Position numbers and translations under genes: made by a program. This document shows, piece after piece, positions 1 through 9,806 of a DNA stretch of 64,000 nt. Numbering within the stretch: position 1 is the first letter of the stretch; every line of letters starts with the position of its first letter. Below the pieces are notes generated by a model, which had not been told where the DNA came from, searched no databases, and saw only the letters and a program-made list of their open reading frames with translations. Origin of the DNA: a virus; IMG/VR virus record IMGVR_UViG_2795385563_000001; one strand, given 5' to 3'.

Positions 1-1197
1 TCAACTCTCAGCTGCATCCGGCACCTCAGAGGTGATGGACCCTAAGCGTTGCGCGGCTGATTTGAGTGCGTCGTTCTGGCTGTGCCCGTACACGCTCATG
101 GTGAATGCAGGATCGGTGTGCCCTAGCCAAGCAGCGATAACTGCGATGGGCACACCGTCGAGATGCATGATCGTGGCACAGCTGTGCCGAGCATCGTGCA
201 GTCGCACGTGCGGCAGTTTCGCGGTTTCAAGAGCCTTGCCCCACCACCGCCCCAGCGAATCAGGATGCGGCGGCCGGCCGAGATGGTCTACGACGACCAG
301 GCCGCTACTGGGCCATTCTTGACCGAGAAAAATCTGGCGCTCTTTCTGACGCGTCTTCTCCGCCTTTAGTGCAGCGGCGAGTGGCGCGGGCATCGGCAGT
401 TCTCGCTCCGAACCCTCAGTCTTTGTACCGCTGGTCTCGCTGCCCCCTGCTACTGGCAGTCGCGAGGCCTCGACGCTCAACGTATTCGACCGAAAGTCGA
501 CAGCAGTCCAGCTCAGTCCGAGAATCTCCCCTCGTCGCAAACCTGATAGGGCGAGTCGCCAAGCAATGTGCATGTCGTCACCGGCTGTCGACTTCAACAG
601 ATGCGCAACCTGTTTAGCAGTAAGTGTCTGCATCTCCGATTTCGTGCGCGGGATTGGCTTCACCAGTGCGGCAACGTTCCTGGCAAGAATGCCTTGATCT
701 ACCAAGTCCCCAAACACAGACTTCGCACGCGCCAGGCATGGATTTATCGACGATGCCCCCCAGGGCCCCCGAGTCTCCTTCCCCTTAAGTTTCGTAGCCC
801 CGCGCCAGGTGCCCATCGGTGACGCACCAACACGTAGAGCCCTCACCATTGCTTCGATATCACCTTTGGTGACCTGCTGCACGGGCCTGTCTCCGAGATG
901 GTCGACAAGCGGGCGTACGTTTGTTGTATAGCTGCTCAGCGTCTTTGGCCGTAGCCGCTGGCTGTCTAGCCACTCCTCCACAGCTTGTTGCACAGTTAGG
1001 TCCTGGGGAGCTACGTGAGTACCTCGGCTCCGATCCGATTTCGTTCCGGTGTAGTACGCAACCGCATCAGCCAGAGCGCGGAATCGCTTCCTACCTTGCT
1101 TCCGTTTTCCGGCCCCACTGCCGGTCTCAACACGCACTTCGTACCTCTTCCCGCTGGGAAGGTCGATCACGTTCACATACTCAGGGATGCGCGCCAT
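1..1197 (-). CDS. int: Tyrosine-type site-specific integrase (phage/ICE integrase)
   Basis: 398 aa. The C-terminal catalytic region (HDARHSCATIMHLDGVPIAVIAAWLGHTDPAFTMSVYGHS) matches the R..HxxR..Y tyrosine recombinase signature. The N-terminal arm-binding-like region is basic. Stop codon sits at coordinates 1-3. Confidence 0.85.
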   Translation of the reverse strand: MARIPEYVNVIDLPSGKRYEVRVETGSGAGKRKQGRKRFRALADAVAYYTGTKSDRSRGTHVAPQDLTVQQAVEEWLDSQRLRPKTLSSYTTNVRPLVDHLGDRPVQQVTKGDIEAMVRALRVGASPMGTWRGATKLKGKETRGPWGASSINPCLARAKSVFGDLVDQGILARNVAALVKPIPRTKSEMQTLTAKQVAHLLKSTAGDDMHIAWRLALSGLRRGEILGLSWTAVDFRSNTLSVEASRLPVAGGSETSGTKTEGSERELPMPAPLAAALKAEKTRQKERQIFLGQEWPSSGLVVVDHLGRPPHPDSLGRWWGKALETAKLPHVRLHDARHSCATIMHLDGVPIAVIAAWLGHTDPAFTMSVYGHSQNDALKSAAQRLGSITSEVPDAAES

Positions 1198-1329
1198 GGC
1201 AGAAGTGTGTCAAGAGGTGATGCACAGACCACCCAAGCTGTGCAAGACACACCGTGGTTGCACGCCCCATGACGCCCGTTCTCGGCGTGTCCTACCTTTC
1301 AGGCGCCAATCCAAGGAACAACTTGGACG

Positions 1330-1602
1330 ATGGGCAGCATGAGCGACACCGATGCCATGGCGGAAGCACTTGCTGCATTCTTGCGCGCCGCTACCGCCGG
1401 CCCAGCCACGTCGCCGCCACCGCAGCAACAGCAGCAGAAGACCGTGTACCGCGTCGATGAAGCAGCTGAGCTGCTGTGCATCAGTCGAGCCCACTTGTAT
1501 GCGCTGATTCGTTCCGGCGAAGTCAACTCCGTGAAACTCGGGCGATCTCGACGAATCACCGGAGCCGAGGTTGAACGGCTAATGAGAGGCAGCGCCGCAT
1601 AG
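1330..1602 (+). CDS. xis: Excisionase / MerR-type HTH DNA-binding protein
   Basis: 90 aa. VYRVDEAAELLCISRAHLYALIRSGEVNSVKLGRSRRI matches the excisionase-family HTH_17 consensus. It is divergent from int across about 130 bp. Confidence 0.7.
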   Translation: MGSMSDTDAMAEALAAFLRAATAGPATSPPPQQQQQKTVYRVDEAAELLCISRAHLYALIRSGEVNSVKLGRSRRITGAEVERLMRGSAA

Positions 1603-1750
1603 CACCATCAGCTCTGCCTACTTCACGAACAACGCAAACCATGCGCACCGCGGGGACAACCACCCGATGACCGCTGCTTGAGATGTCGGCAGGTCGGCGT
1701 GTCGCCCAGGCCAGGACGCTCCCGGCCTGAATCCCTCGAATACTGCTGCC

Positions 1751-2749
1751 ATGGCGATCCAAGATGGCGTCCAAAGTCGGCGCACAACAGGCGAATCTGC
1801 CTCCCTGACAGCGTCCACCGGAGCCCCCTCCGTCGTGATCGCGTTCCGCGGTTTCGGCCAGGGCCTCGGATACGCATACTGCGCCAAGTCAGCCGCGGGG
1901 GTTTGGTCGGGTATCGCGAAATCTCCAAATCTGCAGACCGCGCTGTTCGACGCTATCGCCAGGGTGCGAGCCGCGCAGCCACCCCTCACACACCTACAGG
2001 TGGTGGTCCCGAAGCGGGTGGTGTGGGCCGCCCGGACGCACCTGGCCACGATCCAATCGACCATGAACGTCACCCTGGTGAGCGACGCCGAGGGGTACGT
2101 GAGGCTGCTGCTCGATGATGCTGCCCGGGTGCTCGATGAAATCACACCGCCTGCACCTGCTGCCAGAAAGAAGAAGCAGCCCAAACCCCGCCCCACGCCG
2201 ACCCTGCTGCCGCCAGTGACGGTGGCCACCGATGGATCGGTGCGCGGAACGTCCATCGGATGTGGATGGTTGGCGGACAACGGTTCTTTCGGGCTGCGCG
2301 GCTTCCAGCATTCGAACCGGATGCATGGCGGCTCGAAGGTCTTGATATCAGAACTGCGCGGAATCGATGAGGCGTTTCGACGGCTGGGACGACACGAGCA
2401 CATCACCGTCCTCACGGACTGCCGGGCTGCGATCGCGATGGTCGAAGCCTGGCGAAACGGAGATGAGACGATGCCTGCTGGGTACATCACCGAGCTTGGT
2501 GCGGGCGAGGAAGCCGACCTGGTGTCGGCACGCCGGCGGATTCACAGACTGCGCAACCGCTTCGAGATCCGGTGGGTGCGCTCCCATTGCGGACAGCCGC
2601 TGAACGAAGGAGCTGATGCGTTGGCACGTTTGGCTTCCCGGTACGAGCGCGGCGGCAGCGGCCTGTCCCATCCGGAGTACCGGCAGCGCGCCGCGTCGTT
2701 GGCGGAGGCCTTCTCGAAGGCATTCTGTGCTGCGTCGGTTGCAGCCTGA
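1751..2749 (+). CDS. RNase H-like domain protein (RNase HI-type C-terminal domain, unknown N-terminal domain)
   Basis: The C-terminal ~150 aa (TVATDGSVRG..GCGW....SELRGIDEA...DCRAAI...VRSHCGQPLNEGADALARLA) has the D-E-D-D layout of the RNase HI fold. The first ~170 aa have no assignment. The start codon is uncertain. Confidence 0.55.
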   Translation: MAIQDGVQSRRTTGESASLTASTGAPSVVIAFRGFGQGLGYAYCAKSAAGVWSGIAKSPNLQTALFDAIARVRAAQPPLTHLQVVVPKRVVWAARTHLATIQSTMNVTLVSDAEGYVRLLLDDAARVLDEITPPAPAARKKKQPKPRPTPTLLPPVTVATDGSVRGTSIGCGWLADNGSFGLRGFQHSNRMHGGSKVLISELRGIDEAFRRLGRHEHITVLTDCRAAIAMVEAWRNGDETMPAGYITELGAGEEADLVSARRRIHRLRNRFEIRWVRSHCGQPLNEGADALARLASRYERGGSGLSHPEYRQRAASLAEAFSKAFCAASVAA

Positions 2750-2760
2750 AAGGACACTTT

Positions 2761-3378
2761 ATGGGTATCAAGAACCTCGAGACCGCACGGCGACTGCGCG
2801 AGCTCGGCGACATGCCGATCCGGAGACTGGCACCGGCCGCCGCGGCGGTCGCCGTGTTTTCCCTCGGAGCGATAAGTGGTGTGACCTGCACCCAGCTCGG
2901 CGACAAGCAGGCCACTTCCCCCGCACAATCCGCCGCGAATGCCGATGCCGATGCCGATCGCGAATCGGAATCCCTCTTTGTTGCGAGAGGCATACAGGCC
3001 CGCCAGATTCACGAGAAGCGTGATCTAGCGGTGACCAACCTGCGCGCCGCGCGCACCCAGACATCGAAGTCGCTCTCCGCGGCCTGCCGCGATCCACACG
3101 CATTGACGGAAGCGGTGAGCGGCGGCACTACGGCGGCAATGGCCGCCCTGTACGACGTCGAACACTACAACGCGGCGCTGCACGAATACGGAAACGCCGC
3201 AGATCAGTTCCCCGCCATGACCTATCACTCGGCGGGTATTTACACTCGCGACGGGGCGAGGCTTGCTTATTTCACCGACGGCTCCGGTCGAGTGCAACGC
3301 GATCCCACGATTGATGCGAAAGCGTCTCTGTACGAACTGGATTGGTGCCGATCCCTGCACGACTTCAACGCCAGCTAG
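2761..3378 (+). CDS. Hypothetical protein with N-terminal hydrophobic/signal-like segment
   Basis: 205 aa. N-terminal AAAAVAVFSLGAISGVTC segment. ATG sits 11 nt after the previous stop. No recognisable domain. Confidence 0.4.
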   Translation: MGIKNLETARRLRELGDMPIRRLAPAAAAVAVFSLGAISGVTCTQLGDKQATSPAQSAANADADADRESESLFVARGIQARQIHEKRDLAVTNLRAARTQTSKSLSAACRDPHALTEAVSGGTTAAMAALYDVEHYNAALHEYGNAADQFPAMTYHSAGIYTRDGARLAYFTDGSGRVQRDPTIDAKASLYELDWCRSLHDFNAS

Positions 3379-3589
3379 TCCGTCCACGCCCGAACCGAAT
3401 CACACAACACAGCGGCCCTATCCCGCCTGCAGACACGCGGCGCGCGGATCGTCCGGCTTCACACCTTCCGCGGTCTCGCGTTGATAGCCTGTATCCACAT
3501 TTCGGCGGACCAGCCGCCGGTGTCGAGTCGGGGGGACTCCGTATGTATTTTCCTGTGATTGGCGACCCATCACCATCGGTGGCGCCGCT

Positions 3590-4150
3590 ATGACGACGAT
3601 CGAGATCAACACGACGCGCACGTGGTATGAATTGGATGCGCCACCGAAAAAGTGGCTGGAGGAACTCGACGAGATTCCCGACTACTCCCCTGACTGGATC
3701 AGGAGAGACTCCACATCCGCACGGGGCCCGATCCGCTGGCCGCTCATCGCCGAGTTCGTCGCACATGGACTAGATCTGTTGCGCGGTGGTCTAATCGACC
3801 TATCAGACTCGTTCACAACGTTCGAGTATGATCTCAGCCAGCTGAGCGCAAATGAGAGCTGGTTCGCACGCGATTGGTTCCGCACCGGCCCGATTGGCGA
3901 TCCCTGGAATTCACTCGGAAACGGCCGCCATCGCTTGACCTGGATGTGGCGATACGACCCCACCATGCCGCTGCCAATAAGATCATCTGCACTGAGCGGC
4001 TACTCACCTGCGGACGGATACTGGCCCAACGATATCGAGGCAGTGCGCGCGGGTCTCGCGGAGTGCGAACCATCTCTCCCCGACACCGAGCTCAATCACA
4101 GATACACCGCGGAGCTTCGTCGCGAATACGGTCTACCGCTGCTGCAGTAG
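3590..4150 (+). CDS. Hypothetical protein
   Basis: 186-aa ORF with plausible codon usage. No recognisable motif. Confidence 0.4.
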   Translation: MTTIEINTTRTWYELDAPPKKWLEELDEIPDYSPDWIRRDSTSARGPIRWPLIAEFVAHGLDLLRGGLIDLSDSFTTFEYDLSQLSANESWFARDWFRTGPIGDPWNSLGNGRHRLTWMWRYDPTMPLPIRSSALSGYSPADGYWPNDIEAVRAGLAECEPSLPDTELNHRYTAELRREYGLPLLQ

Positions 4151-4155
4151 GCAGG

Positions 4156-4860
4156 TCAGTACTTGTCACGTCCCCGTCGCTGCATCGACGTCCAATAGCT
4201 CGCCGGAATCATCTTGGCCGAGGCCACAGCGCGCAGTAGCGCGGTTCGGTGTTTCGCCGGATCGAAGTCGGATTCAGTGATCACAACATCGTTGGGTCCC
4301 AGCGCGTTGGTTCCGGCGATGCGCACGCGGATTACGCGCAGCCCGCGTCGGGCATAGAAACGGTTGCGCATGATGTCCTCGGCCACCTTCTCCGGCGCTC
4401 CATGCCAGTGCGCCGGGTCGACCTCTACGACCGCGAAAGGCTTGCGCAGCAGTATGTCCGGCGTGAAGAAGCGATTCTTGCCCGCACTATCACGGCCCAT
4501 GCACATGAGCGTTCCTTGCGGATAGGTGCGGTACCCGGCGTTCTCAAGCACCTTACGCACGCGCATCTCGGTCTTGGACGTGGCCGCGGACCCACCCAGG
4601 GACAGGTCACCTGGGCGCGCATTGACGCGATCCATCTTCGGCAGCACGGGCGGCGTCTTTCGCTGATGCCACCAGGCCATCGTCCACACCACCAGCAGTG
4701 CCATCGGCACGATCGGGTGCAATAGGAAATCGGCCATGACCGGAAGATAGGGAGAAGCGGCCGCCGCGCTGTTCCAGGGCGCGCAAACAGTTACCGTTAC
4801 GACAGGCGCGCGAATGCCGCCATCAACCGGCTGTGGCGGCCAACCTGCTGCGGTGTCCAC
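4156..4860 (-). CDS. DUF559-type (Vsr/restriction-endonuclease-fold) protein with N-terminal transmembrane helix
   Basis: The C-terminal region (FFTPDILLRKPFAVVEVDPAHWHG...DIMRNRFYARRGLRVIRV) matches the DUF559 pattern vvEvDG..wH ... D..R...L...Gw.VlRf. A hydrophobic helix (LLHPIVPMALLVVWTMAWW) lies near the N-terminus. Confidence 0.55.
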   Translation of the reverse strand: MDTAAGWPPQPVDGGIRAPVVTVTVCAPWNSAAAASPYLPVMADFLLHPIVPMALLVVWTMAWWHQRKTPPVLPKMDRVNARPGDLSLGGSAATSKTEMRVRKVLENAGYRTYPQGTLMCMGRDSAGKNRFFTPDILLRKPFAVVEVDPAHWHGAPEKVAEDIMRNRFYARRGLRVIRVRIAGTNALGPNDVVITESDFDPAKHRTALLRAVASAKMIPASYWTSMQRRGRDKY

Positions 4861-5195
4861 GCGTACCCGGGAAGATGATGTGCCAGTCGGTTGCCGTCAC
4901 GACCGATGGTGCGCGCGGCTTCCTCGTAGCTGGCTCCGCCGCTGAGAAGTTCGCGAGCCGCAGCAAGCTCTTCTTCCGTGAGCGGGGGCTTGACCGCCCG
5001 CGCAATGCCAGCCTTGGAGCGGTGTCGAGTGACACTACGCTCGGTGATACCGAGAATCTCGGCTATGTCCTTGGCCGTGTTTCCGTCGTTGGTTAAATCG
5101 ACTACACGGCTGCGAGTTTCCCGCCAGTGGGAGCGCTTCGATCCGGCAATTACTCCTGAGAGGTGTGCGCAGTCACCGGTAGTCATCGCGCGCAT
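4797..5195 (-). CDS. HTH transcription regulator (sigma-70 region-4/LuxR-like HTH)
   Basis: DGNTAKDIAEILGITERSVTRHRSKA is a helix-turn-helix motif. 132 aa. Confidence 0.5.
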   Translation of the reverse strand: MRAMTTGDCAHLSGVIAGSKRSHWRETRSRVVDLTNDGNTAKDIAEILGITERSVTRHRSKAGIARAVKPPLTEEELAAARELLSGGASYEEAARTIGRDGNRLAHHLPGYAWTPQQVGRHSRLMAAFARLS

Positions 5196-5442
5196 CTTCC
5201 CTGTCTCCGCACATGCCCAGGTCTGCGTGCGGGTGCCTTGAAGCTCGGTCCATCTCCGTCATCCCGAAGCGGGACGCGCGGGCCTCTTCGCGCTCAGCGG
5301 CGTATGCGTCGTTCATCGTTCCTCCTGCGTTATGGGCTCGACTGGAATCGAATTGACCGCTCCTGCCGTCATACATCTCCTCCGCCGCCCGCCTCATAGG
5401 CATGTCCGATGACTTCGAGCACGGCGAATGCTTCCTTTTCAC
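5173..5442 (-). CDS. Hypothetical small protein
   Basis: 89-aa ORF in the minus-strand gene string. No domain recognised. Confidence 0.3.
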   Translation of the reverse strand: MKRKHSPCSKSSDMPMRRAAEEMYDGRSGQFDSSRAHNAGGTMNDAYAAEREEARASRFGMTEMDRASRHPHADLGMCGDREDARDDYR

Positions 5443-5614
5443 TCTTCACGACGAAGTCCTCCAGATGCTCGGCGATGCCGTTAGGACAAACACGCCACCC
5501 TTCCGAATCCCCCGCGCCGCTAACGTGTTCGGCGTATGCGCTGCAGTCGGCGCCCTCACCAGCCAAATAGAGCCGAAATTCTTCGTCCGCCTTCCTGATG
5601 AGGTGACTCATGCA
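5369..5614 (-). CDS. Hypothetical small protein (start moved to internal ATG)
   Basis: The internal ATG (MSHLIRKADEEF...) overlaps the stop of the upstream 60-aa gene in an ATGA junction. The longer call back to 5800 would translate the operator motif. Confidence 0.3.
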   Translation of the reverse strand, partial: CMSHLIRKADEEFRLYLAGEGADCSAYAEHVSGAGDSEGWRVCPNGIAEHLEDFVVKSEKEAFAVLEVIGHAYEAGGGGDV

Positions 5615-5790
5615 GCACCGGCCTGACAGTCCACGCCCTGGCGCTGCATCCGCATCAACGCCCTGGCGGTCTCCGCGACAGACAACGGATAGCCGCGTTC
5701 GTCCACAAGCTTGCCTGCGATGGCGACCACTTCTTGCGAAGACGAACCCGCGGTGAATCCCAGTTCTACAGCGTTTCGGTACAGGTCCAC
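5608..5790 (-). CDS. Hypothetical small protein, first gene of minus-strand operon
   Basis: 60 aa. GTG start preceded by GGAGGTGGAGG. Operator motif 1 lies about 22 bp upstream. Confidence 0.35.
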   Translation of the reverse strand: MDLYRNAVELGFTAGSSSQEVVAIAGKLVDERGYPLSVAETARALMRMQRQGVDCQAGAA

Positions 5791-5811
5791 GTTCCTCCAC
5801 CTCCGATCAAC

Positions 5812-5828
5812 TTCTCTATTTTAGAGAA
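5812..5828. promoter_or_regulatory. Dyad operator motif copy 1 (TTCTCTA-TTT-TAGAGAA)
   Basis: 7-bp inverted arms with a 3-bp spacer, directly upstream of the minus-strand start at 5790. Confidence 0.6.
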
Positions 5829-6107
5829 TATATGGCCGGGGTGACAAGCCGCCCAGGAACTCGCGACACGCCGAGAGCCGCTAGTTCATCTGATTAGGTC
5901 CGATCGCGATTTGGAAGTACCTTCCCAGCGGGGCCAGAACTGCTCCCGCGTCTGGACTCTCGACCAGCTCCGCTCCCCGGCGGCGGCTGACGAGGGTCCG
6001 CAAGGACCGAAGAACCTCGTGAAGGTCGCGTTCTGCGTTGCTCTCCCCTTTTCGTGGCGGGCGCGGGCCGGGGACGCACCGCTCGACGGAAAGGGAGGTC
6101 TCCTCTC

Positions 6108-8030
6108 ATGGCATCTGCCACCAATCGCACCGAAATGCTGGCCAAGGCACTCATGCGCGCCCGGCCTGACTTCACGCTGCACAACGCCCGCGTTTTCTCT
6201 CGCGCAGTTATCGACGCCCCTCAGAATGTATTTCGAGACAAGCCACTCCGATTCCTGCCGAACGACTCCGACAATGACAGCCCCGTCCGGTTCCCACTTG
6301 ACGAGTTCGCGCAAGTCGGCGGCCCCCACGGCGCCATCATGGGAATCCCCGGTTACTGGAAGCCGCGCGTCACACGCTTCGCCGAACCACGGGACCACAC
6401 ACCACATGCGCGCCGGGACGCTCTCGCCGGGACGCAGCGACCTTCGAAAGCCGCGGCAGCCTGGTCCCAGGTAGCACTCACCGATGCTCGCCCAGGCGAC
6501 CTGATACTCGACCCGGGTGGGGACGTTCTCGGCGTGGTGGTGGCCGACGGACAGGTGTACGCCGACGGGACCTGGAAGCCGCTTCCTGAAGTAATTCAGA
6601 CGGGCGGTTCTGTGCACCGCTTAGACGTACGCCACGGCGATCCGCTGGCTGAGCTGAAACCGGGCGACGCCCGGGCTTCGATGCTGGCGCAGCTGCTGCC
6701 TTTGTTCGGGTGGGACCCGACCTCAGCCGAGGCCATGTTCCTCGACAAAATCCTCGCAGAGGACTTTCGCATACCGCGAGGAATAAACTCGCTACCCGAG
6801 TTGATCAGATGGCTGGACACTGCTGGTGAGCCCGAAGCGCTCAGGTTGCGCAAAATGTTGCGGTTCTGGATCACTGATCCGAGCCCCCTCGCGCACGCGA
6901 AGACCACCGCCCCGATGCCTTCCGCGACGAACAGCGCCCCCGAGACTAGAAACATGGTCGAGGTGCTGGCAGATGAGGTTTCCGCCAGTTACCGCGGCCG
7001 ACCGCCACGGAAGCTTTGGCCGCCGCAATCGCTGAAGCCACATGTGGATGCGAATTCTGGGGTCCCACTGAATGACCACTGGCCCAATGAAAGTGCCGAT
7101 GTCGCCGCGATCGTCGCAGACGCTGGCGGTGCCATATTCCTCGGCGACTTACTCGATCGGATTAACCGGTCAAGGGCAGGAAGGAGCTTGATGGTCCTCG
7201 GGGCGCTCAGTCGCGGCGAGGTTCAGTTGGACCACGAGCGCAACGTGACCTTGCCTAACCCACAACTGAAATCGTTTGAAACCACGAACAACAACGCCCA
7301 ATTCACCGCTGCCCAGCTGGCGCGCGAGATGGAGCGGCTCCCCGCACCATCACCGCATCCGCTGTCGGCGGTTGCTGACAACGTGCACGAATGTGCGGCG
7401 TTCTCGCTCGGGGTCGGCACTGACGGGGCAGCGGTCACGTACTGCCCCGCTGTGGATGGCCACCTGTTTATTTTCGGCGCCGCTGGCCGGGGTAAATCGA
7501 TGTTGGCGCGAGCACTGGTCCGGGACGCACAGGCCACGAACTGGTGGAAGGCCACGCACGTGAATTCGAGAAAAGATCCAAACGCGGTTCTCGACGGACT
7601 TCGAACCATGCGCGCCGAGATCGAAATCCGCAGCAACAGCCCCAAACTCCACAAGCCCTGGCTCTTGGCGCTCGATGATGCGCTGTGGGATGACTTCGAC
7701 GACGCGCAACGCGACGAGCTGCACACCCTGGTCACGGACCTGTTGTCTACCGGGCGCGAACTGGGTCTCCACCTGGTGCTGATCACCTTGACGCTGGAGA
7801 ACAAGCAGAGGTTCCCGTCCCAGTGGCTCGACCTGTGCTCGACGGTCCTGCTGACCTCCAAGCCAACCCACGACGAAGCGGTAAAGCTCATGCGCGGTGA
7901 CGCGGATCTGCTTCCGATATCGGGCTGGAACGGTTCCGGCAAGATGCTGCTGGTTCGCCGCTCGACCGGTGTATCTCGACCACAACCGCTGTGCGCGTAC
8001 ATGCAAGCCGACAAGTACAAGGGGTACTGA
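6108..8030 (+). CDS. FtsK/SpoIIIE-family P-loop ATPase (possible DNA translocase/coupling protein)
   Basis: Walker A FIFGAAGRGKSMLARAL. Walker B-like hhhhDD (WLLALDDALWDD). The start was moved to the ATG at 6108, which follows AAGGGAGG. 641 aa. Confidence 0.65.
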   Translation: MASATNRTEMLAKALMRARPDFTLHNARVFSRAVIDAPQNVFRDKPLRFLPNDSDNDSPVRFPLDEFAQVGGPHGAIMGIPGYWKPRVTRFAEPRDHTPHARRDALAGTQRPSKAAAAWSQVALTDARPGDLILDPGGDVLGVVVADGQVYADGTWKPLPEVIQTGGSVHRLDVRHGDPLAELKPGDARASMLAQLLPLFGWDPTSAEAMFLDKILAEDFRIPRGINSLPELIRWLDTAGEPEALRLRKMLRFWITDPSPLAHAKTTAPMPSATNSAPETRNMVEVLADEVSASYRGRPPRKLWPPQSLKPHVDANSGVPLNDHWPNESADVAAIVADAGGAIFLGDLLDRINRSRAGRSLMVLGALSRGEVQLDHERNVTLPNPQLKSFETTNNNAQFTAAQLAREMERLPAPSPHPLSAVADNVHECAAFSLGVGTDGAAVTYCPAVDGHLFIFGAAGRGKSMLARALVRDAQATNWWKATHVNSRKDPNAVLDGLRTMRAEIEIRSNSPKLHKPWLLALDDALWDDFDDAQRDELHTLVTDLLSTGRELGLHLVLITLTLENKQRFPSQWLDLCSTVLLTSKPTHDEAVKLMRGDADLLPISGWNGSGKMLLVRRSTGVSRPQPLCAYMQADKYKGY

Positions 8031-8037
8031 CCCACTA

Positions 8038-8073
8038 GCGCCTACAGGCGCCGCATCTGGCGCCTGTAGGCGG
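8038..8073. terminator. Bidirectional hairpin terminator
   Basis: Perfect 14-bp inverted repeat (CGCCTACAGGCGCC / GGCGCCTGTAGGCG) with a 7-nt loop between convergent genes. Confidence 0.6.
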
Positions 8074-8075
8074 AT

Positions 8076-9215
8076 TCACGCATTTGGTCGGATTCTCTTC
8101 GCTCGCGTGATCGCCCGTCGCGAAGACGCTAGCTCAGGCGCTGGTAGACGTAGCGGTGACATCTGTTCCTGAACGGTTGCTGCTAGCGCAAGCGGGCGCA
8201 GTGCTTCCATTGCCTCATCAGCCTGGTGCATATGCTGTTCGAAATCCGACCAGGCCAGATCTGCACGGAGCCTTGGAACTACTGCCAACGCTCCGTCTCC
8301 ACCTTCTTCCGCAGTCCGCGCCGCGAGCGATGCGGCATATCCTTGTCGCATCGACAGGGCCGCACACCGCAAGTGGAAACGCACCTGCTCAGCTTCAGGA
8401 CTCGGTTCGTCCTGCAACCAAAAGATCGATCGGAATTCGAACACCTGCTCACGAAGCTCGATATATTCGGCTGTGCGTGTGAGTATTTCGTTCCACTGGT
8501 CAGTACCTTCGCATTCGAGTGGTTCCGCAAGTTCCCAGGCTGTATGTGCAAGCGAGGGCCATGCGTCCCGAACTTCATTCGGGATCGACATGATCCGGAA
8601 CACGCAGGCACCTAAAGTGACTGCCAGGAAGAGCAGGAGCAGACCGGCTATTCCAGCCTCAACATCGTTGTGAGCATCTACAGCCACCACGTCCACCACC
8701 AACATAGCGGCTAGCGATATCCACATCAGCCGCCAGGCACGGGGCCGTGCTCTCGATATTCCACCCGCCGTCTTGACGGAATGGTGTGGACGAACCTGCA
8801 CCTCAGGTTGTGCCCACAACCGCAGGAGGGTCCTCGCGCGATCTTCGTCCGGAACCAGCCCCAGAACTTGCGGATGCAACTGGTCCCGCACGGCTCGCTC
8901 AGTTGTGGACTCAAAACTCCGAGCCCTTTGCATCAATCGCACCGTCGCTGGATCCATTACTATTGCCTTTCCGGAGTCTGCTCGATTCGGTGAAGGATCG
9001 GCCACCTGAAGTAGACGACAAGTCAGCGACACGAAAACTGGGCGACGAGAATGACTGTCACGTCCCCATTGCGCTAGCCCACCCCAACCTGTTTGAGCTC
9101 TCCGACCAGCGGACGCCACCCGCTGGGTGGCAGCTCGCTGATCGGCAACCGTCGCAGCACCAGAACTATTTGCATACCTCGCCCCAACACGGAACCGCGC
9201 CGGACTGTGCGTCAT
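8076..9215 (-). CDS. Hypothetical membrane protein (two central TM helices)
   Basis: LAAMLVVDVVAVDAH...GIAGLLLLFLAVTLGACVF. The true start is probably the internal MDPATV near 8957. The N-terminal 85 aa of the call look non-coding. Confidence 0.4.
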   Translation of the reverse strand: MTHSPARFRVGARYANSSGAATVADQRAATQRVASAGRRAQTGWGGLAQWGRDSHSRRPVFVSLTCRLLQVADPSPNRADSGKAIVMDPATVRLMQRARSFESTTERAVRDQLHPQVLGLVPDEDRARTLLRLWAQPEVQVRPHHSVKTAGGISRARPRAWRLMWISLAAMLVVDVVAVDAHNDVEAGIAGLLLLFLAVTLGACVFRIMSIPNEVRDAWPSLAHTAWELAEPLECEGTDQWNEILTRTAEYIELREQVFEFRSIFWLQDEPSPEAEQVRFHLRCAALSMRQGYAASLAARTAEEGGDGALAVVPRLRADLAWSDFEQHMHQADEAMEALRPLALAATVQEQMSPLRLPAPELASSRRAITRAKRIRPNA

Positions 9216-9251
9216 CGACGTTCAGCGTGGCGGATCGACGCGAAAATCCGG

Positions 9252-9806
9252 CTACCCGGAGTCAGAACGAAACAACCAGCGCAAGCGCTGCCGCCACGAA
9301 CCGCGCCGCTGCTCTGCCTCCGCCGCGTCCATTGTCGGTCCCAGACGCGGAGGTAGGCGAAAGCGCGAAGCACGACCATCGTCCACGGCCAAAAGCTGAT
9401 CCATCGGAGAGTCGTACCTGCTGATGATCACGAAGTTTGCCGCATCAGTTGTGACCATCTGGTGCACTGCGTCGTTGAATTGACGCAAGAAATATTCGCG
9501 ATCGACCGGGGGTGGGTTGACCGCAAAGGTGCTCGGAATGATTTGCATTAGGCCGTGATTCGCACGCAGCCCATACTGCTCGTCGATGTAATTCGCTCCG
9601 GCGGGTTCCTCCGATAGATCGCGTTCCCCTGCCGCATGGCTTCCAGGACAGCCGTTGCGGGGCAGGCCATGCCAGGGCGCACCACACCGGCACGCCGGTA
9701 CAGCCCCTGGCCGAGTCTCGCCTGCGGCTAGCTGACTATCGATCAAGATGTCAGCTTCCAACGCGTTGATCTCGGCGATCACAGCGTCTTCGGGATTTCC
9801 TTTCAA
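9252..9806 (-). CDS. Hypothetical protein, Cys-rich (CRCG..C.G)
   Basis: 184-aa ORF. Its start is ATGA-coupled to the upstream gene. Confidence 0.35.
   Translation of the reverse strand: MKGNPEDAVIAEINALEADILIDSQLAAGETRPGAVPACRCGAPWHGLPRNGCPGSHAAGERDLSEEPAGANYIDEQYGLRANHGLMQIIPSTFAVNPPPVDREYFLRQFNDAVHQMVTTDAANFVIISRYDSPMDQLLAVDDGRASRFRLPPRLGPTMDAAEAEQRRGSWRQRLRWLFRSDSG

Noticed and set aside
1618-2490. 290-aa minus-strand ORF antisense to the RNase H-domain gene
   Set aside because: Low-complexity Arg/Ser/Pro-rich translation, typical of a GC-rich antisense frame. The plus-strand gene has a clear domain.
5886-6617. 243-aa minus-strand ORF spanning the 5829-6107 intergenic region and the start of the FtsK-like gene
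   Set aside because: Arg/Gly/Pro-rich junk. It overlaps a well-supported plus-strand gene with an RBS, and it would read through the operator-containing intergenic region.
7223-8035. Two long minus-strand ORFs (270 aa and 218 aa) inside the 6108..8030 ATPase gene
   Set aside because: Antisense to a gene with Walker motifs. Ser/Arg-rich composition. No start context.
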